DNA from: Toensbergia leucococca
Lineage: Eukaryota
DNA length: 64,000 nt
Reading direction: 5' to 3'
Assembly: GCA_022813965.1 (NCBI GenBank)
Contig: JALDZS010000003.1
Coordinates: 186,001-250,000 of the forward strand
The notes beneath the pieces are model-generated. The model had not been told where the DNA came from. It was given only the letters and a program-made list of their open reading frames with translations, and did no database searches. Below are positions 47,761 through 59,783 of the stretch, in pieces; within the stretch, counting starts at the first letter, position 1; the number at the start of each line of letters is the position of its first letter. The position numbers were made by a program, and so were the translations under genes.

Positions 47761-47847
47761 GCTTCCAAGGACAAACTCATTATCCATTGCGGCGACCTTG
47801 GAGTGGACAATTCAACCTCCTTCCTTTGTGACTAAGCACAGAACTGA

Positions 47848-48131
47848 TCCTTAGGCCAAGAGGTAGGGAGCTCAAGGCGGTGGCGAGAGTGCTAGCAATT
47901 TCGTCCATCTTCAACACTGGCCAGCGTCGAGGATTTAATTGAGCCCCGAGGCTCGAGTTGAGATAGAGATGTGCTAACAGTAACACTGCTAGCAATGAAG
48001 ATAGTAAGAGGGTGTTGGACGAGATAAGAAGTACAAGCCAAAGTGGCTTGATCGCAACAATCACTTCTGGCATTTTGTCAGTTAGCGAACTCTCAATTTT
48101 GTGGTATTCCCAGTGTCGACAACACTCGAAG
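47848..48131 (-). repeat. Dispersed copy of the STU1 5'-end plus upstream module
   Basis: Near-identical to 17155-17368 and 16886-16935; encodes MDEIASTLATALSSLPLGLR. Confidence 0.9.
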
Positions 48132-49290
48132 ATAGTATCGTGCCGTGCACACTCCAGCTCACCACATATATAATGATTTTTTTTTCCGTACAAGAGAGTA
48201 CTTGTTAAACACTGAACCAAGCTTAAATTGTTGCCCGAGGGCTGCAGGAGTCTTCATTGAAACCCACCTTGGCATTTCAAAAAAGTTGACTGTATGGGAA
48301 TCAAGGAAGGTACAGTATTGGATACGTGCTTTTTGAAATTTGACATTTTGTTTGACTAGGTAAACACAGCTGGTGGAAGTCTTACAAACTCTCTGCTGGA
48401 CGTTGGGGTCGCTCTGTGACGAAGTCTTAATGCGATCAGGTCCTGTGAAATAATTAGCAACCCAAGGAAACCTAGAATCAGCAAGGACCAACTGTCAAGT
48501 TCACTACCCTGTGGGGCTCGAACTATTGCACGCCCTGAGGTAACCTTCTTTTTATCCAGGACAACGTCCATGAATCTTTCCATGGCTTCTCTGATTGCGT
48601 GGAAATCGGACAAAAAGGCTAGGTACGTTGCACCTGGATTTGGTTTGCAATCACGATCAAATACCGCAGCATCTCTGAGCACATCACCATGATGTGCTTT
48701 CTCATTTCCTTGTTCATGAGCATGAGACATTAATAAGAGTTGAAACCATGATGAGTGAGATGGGACCAAAAATTGTATACGTGTATATGTACAAATAACA
48801 AATATATATATATAGTAAAGAGAAGAAGTCAGATTGAGAGCAAGAGTGATAGAAAATACCGGAAGCTCAGATGTGTAAGTGGAATGATAACAAGAGCTGT
48901 GAGGAGTTTTGAGTAACTGAGAATGAAATTAATTGAGTTCTTCACGAGATGGATGAAGAGCAAATATTTGAGCAGACGAGGTGAATGTCTGAATTGAAGA
49001 TGAAGAACAGTAATGGATGTAAAAGGATAGAGTGGTGCCATGGGGTAGGGGCAAAAAGGTTGAAGGAGGAGGATAAAGGGAAGTGAGGAAGGAGAAAGAC
49101 ACGCAGGACATTTGATATAATCCTGAATGCTAATAAACATGGGAACAATAGAATACAAGGAGTCGAATAGCATATCTCAGTCCAACTCAGTCCTCCTCAG
49201 TAAGCATCACCGGTGCTTGCTAGATAGCGACTTGTGAGGATATTAAGCATCGTCTTTCTTGCTCACTGCAGACATTCCAGCGCTTACTCC

Positions 49291-50111
49291 TCAAGATCCC
49301 ACCTCCTCATCAGCATCGCTCCTCTTCTTACTCCCTCCCTCCTCCCACTCCTCCAGAGACTTCATAAACAACGCATCAAACTTGTTCCATCTCTTGCTCC
49401 ACTCCATCCCAATCTGCCACCATCGAGCCCTCTATCCGAAGAATACATGCTCCTCAACCCTTTTCAACCCTCCCACCACGCTCGATTCGTCAACGGTCCC
49501 AAGTGCAACACGCGTCAAATCAGGTCGGCAGTGATACTTCATGAAAAGCGGGGAGCAACAGTTTTGACAAAAGCCTCTGACGGCGATGGAAGAGTGTATC
49601 AATTTGATCTCGGTGTGGATCGGTTCGATTTCAGGAGAGTGGTTGGTGTTGATGTTATTGAGTAATCGCGATACCATGGAAAGATGAGAGGAGAATGAGT
49701 CTACCGAGGGGAAGTCATGTGACTCCATATGCCCTGACTGAATACCTCGGAAATGATCCCTCATACGTTTCCATTTTGGCTTGTGTTTCCATTGGGAGTT
49801 AGGTATAAAGATGAGGTGGTATCCCATCAAAAGTATTCATCAAATAGAGGGTCTTTCGACCTACTAGTTAATCCAAAATTCATCTATTCAAATGATCACC
49901 TATTCCTCATATAATGATCTTCCATTCCTCATATAAATATCGATCCTAAACCTCAACAGGCGGCGCCAGAGTGCTTGCGGCAGCCCACACAGTGGCAGTG
50001 GGAGGTGGAGGTTGGGAGGGCGCTACTGGTGTATGTGATGAGCCCGCAGAAGCAGCTGCCGGTTAGGACGGAGGCAAGCGTATGAAGGGTGATTTTCGTG
50101 GTAGATTCCAT
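49291..50111 (-). pseudogene. GFA/Mss4-like (CENP-V) zinc protein pseudogene
   Basis: MEST..LTGSCFCG..HCHCVGCRKHSGAAC* (50111-49953), about 280 bp of unrelated sequence, then RGFCQNCCSPLF..HVFFG*RARWW with an internal TAG. Confidence 0.8.
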
Positions 50112-52646
50112 ATTTTGCTACCAAGGTGAACTTCATCGCTTTTCCAGATGGTTTTTTTAAAAGAATTTACCTGTGGTAGAGGTGAAGTTTGGTTGGTCGA
50201 GACAGGAAGTGGAGGATTGAGGCCTGAAGTGAAGGGCCGGAGAGGGAGGTTAATGGTACGTTCCATACTTTGTTGCTGTTGAAAATCTGTAGTGGAGAAA
50301 GATTCATTTTGCATCTGTTAACTGTTTCTAAGAGAGGTGCGCCTTCCGTTTTGTTATATTGTGAATCACCTTCACATATTTTGAATAGCGTAAATGCACG
50401 CTTTGCAATGACACCTCAGTTGGCAAATTTGCGTCAGTATACTCTTGCACAACCTCATTTATAAGCTTCAGAGGAAATGCGGACGTTGATACTCGTCTCA
50501 TAAGTGTCAGGAGACGGCATATCATTGATTGTTTGTCTTGACACACGTTCCATAGTCTTACCTTTCCGCCTGATGGATGGGTGTGCCCCAAATACTTACA
50601 CCCTAACACCTCATGTCGACAATTACTCTCCTAAGTCTTGATTCTCCACCCAAAATTATGCCCTGAAGCCTTTCGTCTCTAATTCAATCGCAGGGTTATC
50701 ACTAATCCACCTGAGCCACGTTCAAGCAACCCATGGATGAAGACCGAGTACGTGCTTTCTTAGTCACTGGCTCTGGTCCAGGCATCGGATTTAAATTGGT
50801 CTTTGGATGTCACGAATCTCCGTGGAAAAACGATATCGATGGTAACTGGAGTGTCTGGCCATCTTTGATGTGCTTCCGCATCCATAGTGAGCCTTTCAAA
50901 GTCCACTTGGTAAGTGTGAAACGTAAGATCGGCTTCATTCTATGTAGGCAAGATTGAGTACCTTAAGCTTCACTCTGCGTGGCTAAGCTGAGCTTGAGGA
51001 CCGGCAATTTCGATGGTGAAGGTGTGAATCCTCTACAAGGTATTGGAGACTTGAAGTGCGGTGATGGATTGCAGGGCAATGGAAGCGGTAAAATAGTCTT
51101 GATTCTTCTCTTCGCCTGGTACCCCGAATGTTTGTGCCCTTAGCCCTAACATCCTATCCCACATCATGCTTTGTTTTCTTCCTGACTCCTCATGTCCAAG
51201 ATCATTCTCCTTAATCTCAATTCACCACACAACGAATTGTTCCAAGCCCTACCCTTTCACCTCCACTTCAGTCATCGCACATGCCAGTGTTGAAGCAGCA
51301 GCAGGTCCAGATGTACAGGCAACAGCAGCAAGAAGCACAGCATCCCCGTTCTTTTTTTTTCTTTTGCTTTTTGTTCTTTCCACTTTTCCCCGTCGCCGGC
51401 TCCTGGTATTCCATCTACTGCTTTCCGTGTGCGTAGCCCTGAGCATACGCCGCCGCGATGCCATCTACTTGGTTTTCCGTGTTGCTGAGAAAGATATTAG
51501 TCAATTAACTAGGATTAACGTTCTAAAATACGCAGGAATGCAGACCCTTTGTTTGTCGTACTCTTATTAGAATTATCAGTTTGACCCAGGTTGGGTAGGT
51601 CAACGGAGGAGCTTGAATTACTCATGACTAGGTCGGGATATCTGATAGGAAACCTGGAGATGTCGTAGGATGTTATTGGCTGGCTAGAGCCTTGGTCTGC
51701 GGCTCTCGAAAACGAGTGTAGCAATTACTGAAAGAAAATCATGGGTACAGTGATCCGGTTTTACTCTACTAATGCCTATTGGGAGCTTTGCATCGGCTTT
51801 TCGAGACGTGATATAGAGGGCAAACTGTAGATATAAAGTGTGAAAGTGCGACACGTCTAGCTTCGGATGAAGAGGTTTAAATCGTGTATCAGGAAACGAA
51901 GCAAAATCATGATGGGTGCATTGGAAGCCTCGGCATCACGAATTCTCAGCAGATGACCAGTAAGCAAGACGCACAGCACGGCAAAGCATTTGAGCCGCAT
52001 GAAGATATGTTTCAGCTTCTTCAAGCGTATATCGGTTCGAAAGCAGCCAATGAGACAAGGAAACCGAGGCCAATGATGTTGCAGGACGCTTGATTTGTTC
52101 AGCATTCGTAGGGCTAAACAAGCATCGTTTCCAGGGTTCCTAAAGCTAAAGTCGCGGGTCCTTTCCGGATTCCTTGCAAGGCTTCTGCATCTCAACGGCA
52201 CAGCTCACCGCAACATAACCTCCTCATCTAAGTAGAACGGGAGAACTGGCAATTCTGACGATAAGGTTGAAGAATGAAATAAGCGTAGGTGGAAAATTTG
52301 CCGAAAAAACATTGTAGACTCAAGTCTGCTTTGTTGATCAACAGGATTTGGTGTAAGCAGAGGGAAATAAATCAGAAGACGGAGGTGGTCCTCTTTGGGC
52401 TACCGGCAGTGGCTTACCCTACCTATTCTACCCGCAGTCTAGGCTTGATTGAGTAATCCATCCCCGAACTCGTGGGGGCGGAAATTTGATCGACTTTTTT
52501 GTTGACACAAGCAAGCTATCTCATCTCGATTGCTGAAGCTCGTTTTCCGGGGTTTGAAAATGCCTGTTCAGACTGCGGACTACTTTTCTTCCTCCATTGT
52601 TTCACCATCAATCAATTCATCCTAGATCCGTTTCGTAATATTTCAT

Positions 52647-55325
52647 TCACTTGTCAGTTGTTGCTCCTTTGGACTGCGCCTCAAGGCTTTCAACATGTGC
52701 ATCAATCTTCTTAAAGGGCCACGAGAATCTGGGGTACAAGAACGGTCTTAAGTCAAATCTGTTGTCGTCGGGACCATAGGACTCGAGATGCAGACTAGGA
52801 GTCAAGACTGTCATCTAGAAGCATTCAGCAAAATGCAACTGATCCTGACAATGCTTAGATTCACCTTGTGCCTGTTTATTGCGTAGTAGTAAAAGAACGT
52901 CCGCGTCTTTTCGTAAATCTGCCTTGGCGTTCGATCAATCCAGCGATGCAAAAGCGTCGAGTACACTCCCCATGGTCCTAATTTCGCTATCTTTCGTAAT
53001 CGTCCAAAGGTCGATAGCTCGTCATATGTTAGACCCATTTCTTCTTCATCACTCTGTACTTTGCCTCCGACTATGGGGATGAGTTCGGCCGTGGGTATGG
53101 CAGTGAGGAAGTCTCCAAGGATTGGAAGATCGAGTTTGTGTTGTGCGTAGGCTATGAAGCGTTTGAGATCTGTCTTAGAGATGCCTCCTGAATCTTATGA
53201 GCTCAACCCTTATCACGGAGAATTTAATCATATACTGACCAATAGGATTAATGTCCGCGCTAGAGCAGTCGTACTCTGTCATCAAACGTCGTTAACGCCA
53301 GAACTGCCATTTTCGATAGACTCTCAGAACCACTTACTAGTCATGTATCCTCTTAAGGACTCATCCACTGGCAGTAATTAGCTAGCGAAGAATCAAAACG
53401 GTAGGATCATCAATTTACCGTTAGCAGACCCCAAGACCAGTAGAGACCCCCCGCCTTGGCGAGATCGAAATGTAGGTAGTAGCTGAGCGAATAGATAAGC
53501 AATCACCATCCTGCCTCGAGCTTGTATGTTCTGCTGATGTTTAGTTTCTGACAGGAAGAGTCAGAGGGCCAAGATACTCACTTGAAGCGCAAGATTTTCC
53601 GCAGAAGTGCCACCGTCGGATGCAAAGCGAGGGGTGAAGTTTGCCCAGAGCGAGAAGACCTTGAGAATACCGGACACTGCCGAGTCTATGTTGACATCAA
53701 TATGAAAGGCGCCGATCTGTTCAGCTAAACCGCGTGCTCTTGCCCGAGTATCTTTGCCAGAATTTGTCGTGCCCATGAAGCAGCAATGGAAGATTCGATG
53801 GCAGAGATCCTGTGCGCTTGAGGGCTTCCAATCTGATTTTGAATCTTCTCCGACTATTCTTCGTGCATCTTCGATGACTTGTTTCTTGTTCTTCTGTATT
53901 GCTTCGACTACAAGGACACACATCGAATACACTATTGTTGCTGTTGCGCAGCTGTCGATACCCCCAGAAAGTGGGACAAAGTATCCCGCAGCGCCAGATC
54001 TAAAGGTAAAGCCAGTTATTATGATAAAGGCTACATAGGATCTATCAGTAAGTCGAGAATGTCACTTACCGACGTAAGTAATCCCAAAGCCAACATGCAG
54101 GACCAAGTGTAATCTCTTCTTCCGGAGAATGATAGCTAACCTCAGTCTCTTCAGACGCTCCTGCTCGAGGAATTTGATTACCTTGTGCTTGGGACAGCTG
54201 AACGTCGGTGTCTATACACTGAAATCCAGGAGTTTGCTGAGCCTGTAGACCGCGACTAGGTGAGCAGCGAAAGCTTCGAACATGCTCAAGATCAACAGTC
54301 GCTGTCAAAACTTCGACATCATCCAAGGAAAATTGAGCACCAATAGCAATAACACTTCCGTTTACCACAATTAAGGAAGATCCATCATAGTATAGACGGT
54401 CTCCGTCGCATCCTTTCTGATTACTATAAAGATATACACCACCGCATTTTCTCGTAGCTTCGATGATCAAGTCCATGCGAGTCTTGAGCTTTCTAAGCTC
54501 ATGATGGCTGCCACTCTACACTTTTCTTCAGCACAAATACAACCAAATAAGGGACAGTCTTACTGAATTCGTGAAAATCTCAACTCCAGCGCCAAGAGCA
54601 TAAGAGATATGCGGTGCAGCAGCAGTAAATAATTCTTCGCAGCTCTCTGGCGCCAATCTAATTCCCTTGAAATCCAAGACAGCATCGCCGAAAGGCACTT
54701 TGGATTGACCTGTGATCCGAGCAACTACATCTTCTAACTCATATTCTTCCACTACCCGCGTCTTTTGCCAGGGAGTGAAATAGCTACATTGAATTAGCAA
54801 AAAATTGAATTGGAGAAGCACCTAATTCGAATCGGACTGACCGCATCTCACGATAATTGCCATCACTGCCATGACATTAGCGAGTATTACTGTGTCACAG
54901 CAAATATAGGGAATACGTGCTTTGCAAGCCACATCTTAGGTCTTATAAGGATTATCTTCCGGTTGTATAGTATGACACGACAATTGTAGCGGACGTTTCT
55001 ATGTCTCACTCCCATTCCCAGGTCAAGGACTATGTTCTGGCAGATATCATCATCAAGTATTCTCGCAAGCATCTCCCAGGAATGCAAGAACGTGTCTCCT
55101 TCTGTACATAGGTCAATAGAATTCAACAATAGCAGAATCAACGAACATGCCTAGATGGTGGTCGAGAGCGCCATAAGATGAAATTGACAATTCAGGTGTG
55201 ACCAGCAAAGATGCTCCTTTGTCTTTTGCTAATTGAACAGCCCGTATGATGCGGCCAGCATTTTCTTCCCAGTCCAGAACCCATTGATTCAGTGAGCACA
55301 CAGCGAGATTGACAAGGGGAGCCAT
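52647..55325 (-). CDS. QNS1: Glutamine-dependent NAD+ synthetase, many introns
   Basis: [80 protein letters not shown] and [13 protein letters not shown]. Confidence 0.95.
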
Positions 55326-55717
55326 TGAGTTGTAGATGAGAGAGAGTAAGTGGGGAGATCGAAGAGACAGAAAAGTGGTGTCATAGACTCTGGCTTAAGA
55401 TATAGCAATTGGTGCCTTCATAGACCACATCGAGTGAAACTACGGAATGTGAGCATTGTTATTACCTTGCACCAACGTTGGTTGGGAGTTTGATTCATCC
55501 GTCAAGATATCCGTATCTCCTTTCGCTATGTCATAATCGCGGGGCGGAAGAACACCTTCATTCTTCAACTCCACCCCCACCAGCATTTTCCGATATTTAA
55601 ATGCTTGCCAAGACCCACTCAACTCCCAATCTCCTCTTCAAAAGCTCCCCAATTATCGGAAAGCTTCTTTCGGACTTCAACAAATCATTCTCCACCAACT
55701 CCGGCAATTACAAAAAA

Positions 55718-56780
55718 ATGTCCGACCCTCCGATTACCCTTTCTGACATCCCCACCCTCTCCATTCTCTACTCCGAATCCCACCTTCACCCCCCGAAGAC
55801 ACTCTCGAGCCACACGCCCTCCCACTCTTTAAACTCCAAAATCTCTCTCATCCGCACCGACATAACTACGCTTTCCCTCGACGCAATAGTCAACGCAGCG
55901 AATACATCCCTCCTCGGTGGCGGCGGTGTCGGTAAATACCCTATCCCCCAGACCCCCCTAGCTAAAAGCTCACTAAATCACCACCCTAGACGGTGCAATT
56001 CACTCAGCCGCCGGCCCCCGCCTTCTCTCTCACTGCCGCACCCTCTCCGGCTGCCCCACCGGCTCCGCAGTCCTAACCCCCGCCTTCTCCCTCCCAAGCA
56101 GACACGTAATCCACGCAGTCGGCCCAATCTACTCCCGCGCGCTGCGCACCTCCACTTCAGCACCCGCCGACTTACTTCGAGGATGCTACCTCAAGAGCTT
56201 GGAATTGGCGAGAGAGAAGGGATGTCGGAGTTTGGCGTTTAGCTGTTTGAGTACAGGGGTATATGGATATCCGAGCATGGATGCGGCCGAGGTGGCGACG
56301 CGGGAGGTAAGGCGGTTTTTAGAGGAGGAAGGGGAAGGGGTGTTAGAGAGGGTAGTGTTTTGTTGTTTTGAGGGCAAAGATTTGAGGGCTTATGAGAAGT
56401 GGTTACCGTAAGTTGTCTTTTGAGATCACCACACGCCAGAAGCACAAAATCAGCAATGCTAAAGATTCAATCCACACATTAGGAAAATCTTTCCCCCAAC
56501 AAAAGAAGAGTTGGCAGGCACAGATTGGGAGTCCCCGGAGCCCCAACCCACAAACCCGCAATCCACACCCCACGATCCAAAACGCCGCAACCCCTCACCC
56601 GCAGACCCGACCCTCCCATCCCCAGATTCGCCGCTCCCAGTCCTCGAATCCGCCGACCTCGACCAAGAATGGGAGCGCATCGACCCCCCATCCCCCGCCC
56701 CGGTCAAAACCACACCCTCGCACAGCGAATCAGGCCATGAAGACGCCTCTACGAAAAACGGGCTATTGAAAGACTGGTAG
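55718..56780 (+). CDS. Macrodomain ADP-ribose hydrolase (MacroD/YmdB-like) (exons 55718-55931, 55990-56407, 56483-56780; in-frame upstream ATG at 55601)
   Basis: [45 protein letters not shown] and VVFCCF. Confidence 0.92.
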
Positions 56781-58531
56781 GCTAGAACGACGGCCATTTT
56801 TTTGCATTTCCTACAGCAGGGGGCGTTGGCGCTGGCGATATGAATGACCTGAAAAAGCCTAGGCGGGATTTTTGGGCGATAGATACACACGCGCCCACAT
56901 ACTCCCACCAAATAAAAACAGGGGCGTCATGTGCGTACTAGAAAACACATCAATCAAATCTAAACCCGAAAACCCCAAACCCTTTCAAATCAAAATCTCA
57001 CTACCCCTCTCCCGAAGAAAAACACATACCCCCTTCCCGAGGACTTTCCTCATCCTCCCCTTCGGACCCAAACAAAGAAATCAACGAAAACCGGACCCCA
57101 ACCTCCCCCCCCAAAAAACTACATTCATCACCCCCCCGGGCGTCCATTTCCCACATAAAAAAAGAAAAAAAACACCTCTCACTTCCTCATCCTACGCCCC
57201 CCTTTTCTCTTTCTCCAATCTAATAAGTACTCTCCCCCTTCCCCTTACCCACTCCTCAAAACCCCTTACACATTTTTGGAGCCTATAGTCATCAGATGCC
57301 CGACCTATCTTCTAGCACGATACCGAAAATCCAGCACGATAACGAAAATGTAAAAACGGCATCCTGATCCGTGGGATTGTGGGTGGTGTGGGAGGGTGGG
57401 GATTTCAAGAGGAGAGGGAGATGCGCTGCGCGCTCCCTGCCCTTCTAGCTTTGAGACCGTTTAATTGGTTGTTTTCTGAAGAGTGTTTTTTTTGTTGTGG
57501 ATGGACCGGGCGGCGCGTTTGAGAGAAAGGTTGTTGTTGTTGTTGTTGTTTTTCTTCTTTTGAGAATGTAGGTAGAGCGTTGTTGATAATAATGGTGGGT
57601 TGATTCCTTTCTATAACTAGCTAGGTGCGGAGAAGAGAAGAGAAGAGAGGAAAAGAACTGCCGATTTAATGTAGGTTAGATATGTTACACGCACTAAGCA
57701 TAGGGGCTAGGTAGGGCAAGTGCCAAGTTTACCAAACACGGTTTGGGAGATGGAGTTGTGCGGGTAGGAATTGAGGTGCGGCGTCCCCTTTTTTGTTATT
57801 TTTTTTTCCTCTTTCTTTCTTTGAGAGAAGGGGGTGGAGGTTTGTGGAGGGTGGGTTTTAGGGAGAGGGGTAAGAGAGAGAGTGAGGGTGGAGAATTAGG
57901 GAGACGGTGTTTGGGGAAAGGGTGGTTCAGGGAGAGGCAGTGAAGAAGGGGTTGAACAGGGGGTGAAATTTGTGATACTCCATCTAACCCAGAAGAGAAG
58001 AAACAAAAAAACCATGGCAAAACACCCCTCCCCCAAAACTCTCATCTCCAAGTCCCAAAAACAAAGCCAACCCCCCCCCCCCTCCGGGCAGAAAAATAAA
58101 CCTCAAACAAGTAGAGCAAAGAAAATCCAAAAAAAGGGGAAAATGTCCGAAAAAAATAAGGCTCCCCGCAAAAAGCACGCACGCATACAGTCCCACGCCT
58201 TCGAAAGAAAGAGAGGAGAAAAAAACTATAGAGAAAAAAGAGGAGGGGCAAGAACCAAAAGCAAAGCAAAGTCCCTCGACCCCAACACCCCCAACTTTAT
58301 CCCAAAAAAGCACGCATTTAAACAGAAAAGGGAAAAGAAACAAACAATAAACCAAAACAAGAAAGCCCAACCACCCCTGAATTGTCCCTCAAAAAGCATA
58401 CCAAAAAGAGAAAACAGAAACTGGATCAGGGCCGCCGCCACCAAATCCGCAGAAATCATCAAAAGCACACAAACTCAGAGAACAAGCAAGAAAACAAAAA
58501 AACAGCAAAAAGTCCAAAAATTCCTCTCTCC

Positions 58532-58892
58532 CTAAGACTTCATCTCCACATCCCCCCCAGCGTTCCCACCAGAAGAGCTCTCTTCCGTTTGTGGCGGGTC
58601 AGGTGGACTACGCCAACCACATCAGCACCGCCCTCCAAATCCCAAATATCCTCAAGTACAAGATCAAGGGCAAAACTCACTTTCCGTTATATCCTCTTAT
58701 CATTGGAGTTATACCTTTGCAGAATTGATATGTTGTCTGAGGAACGTCCCATTCGGCACAGCCATCGCATTTGGTGTGAGGTTCGACCCCTATTTTTACC
58801 AATTTCTTACATTCACCGGTCGAACCCACGTGTCTGGTTGGAGCTTTCGGGTTCTTGTTGTAGCACTCGCAGCAGCCCCACCATTGTGGCAT
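58532..58892 (-). CDS. Small (95 aa) Cys/His-rich putative zinc-binding protein (exons 58681-58892, 58532-58607)
   Basis: MPQWWGCCEC..EC..HTKCDGC..; GTGAGT donor, GCTGAT branch site, TAG acceptor; ends GGDVEMKS*; upstream TATAAAAG and CAA-rich leader. Confidence 0.65.
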
Positions 58893-59166
58893 TGTGAGTG
58901 GCGAGGTCGGTTTTTTTCTTGGTTTTTGTGGTTGTTTTGTGGTTGTGTGGATTCGTGGGTTTGAGGGATGTAGTTGTTGTTATTTGGAATGTAGGCTGGT
59001 TTTTCGAAAGTTGTAGCTGTCGTCGTTCTTATGGTATTGTGCAGTCGTTGTTGTTGTAGTTTGCAATTGTAGTAGTAGTTGTTGTTGTTCGTTTGTTTTC
59101 CGTCAAAGTAGTCTGTGTTGCTGAATCTAATGGAGAAGAAGAAGAAAAAACGAGGGATACAGCAGG

Positions 59167-59174
59167 CTTTTATA
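59167..59174 (-). promoter_or_regulatory. Candidate TATA box for the small Cys-rich gene
   Basis: TATAAAAG on the - strand followed by a CT-rich tract and a CAA-rich 5' leader. Confidence 0.45.
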
Positions 59175-59783
59175 GAAAACGGAGGCAGGCTGTGCAGACT
59201 CAAAAGGGCATTCACTATACCAAAAGAATGTGCACGAAACGGAAAATGACTCGGCTGGGGTGAAGGAGTAGATTTCACATGTTGAATGAAGAGTGGAAAA
59301 AAGCTCATAACGGTCAATGAGGCAGTCGTCAGCAAGCAGGTGAATCAACAGGGACGTACCTAAGCTCTTGCGGCACATATCAGGGAATAGGTGGCAAAGT
59401 TGTGAAGTTAGATATCAGATATCAAGGCATGGAACGCTCGGACGCGGATTGAGAGCGCAAGAGCTGGGGAGCATGCATGGCCTTCTCGAATAGGAATGTC
59501 GATGCATACCGTCTACCAGGTCATGAATCCTTGCAAGATATTCCATTCAGAGTCAGAACCTACTTAGAAGTCCGCTTAGACGTCCAGATCGAGTGACACG
59601 GCACTATCGAGTCCCCAAACCCGGGTTACCACCCCCGTTGATGATGCAGCTCCTGTCAAGCCCAACGCCGACATCATGCGCCACCTCAAAAATGCCGCTA
59701 GAACATGAGATCCCCGTTTTCGCATGCCCAGGTTGTATCAAAACCCTGGCCGCTTTCGAAATATCCTCCCCCCTCCCTGCTCC

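Noticed and set aside
43300..52600. Intact transposon or Starship
   Set aside because: No transposase, RT, Rep/helicase, tyrosine recombinase, TIR or LTR could be identified.
54066..55325. Nitrilase-fold domain as the missing AguB
   Set aside because: It is the glutaminase domain of QNS1, contiguous with the NAD synthetase domain and 46 kb away.
56872..58535. K/P/F/G-rich ORFs in low-complexity DNA (similar ones at 1714-2927)
   Set aside because: Stop-poor by composition (A/C- or G/T-skewed tracts) with no domain signal.
58770..58830. tRNA or structured ncRNA suggested by GGTTCGA and a stem
   Set aside because: No cloverleaf, A box or telomerase template; it lies inside the small Cys-rich CDS.
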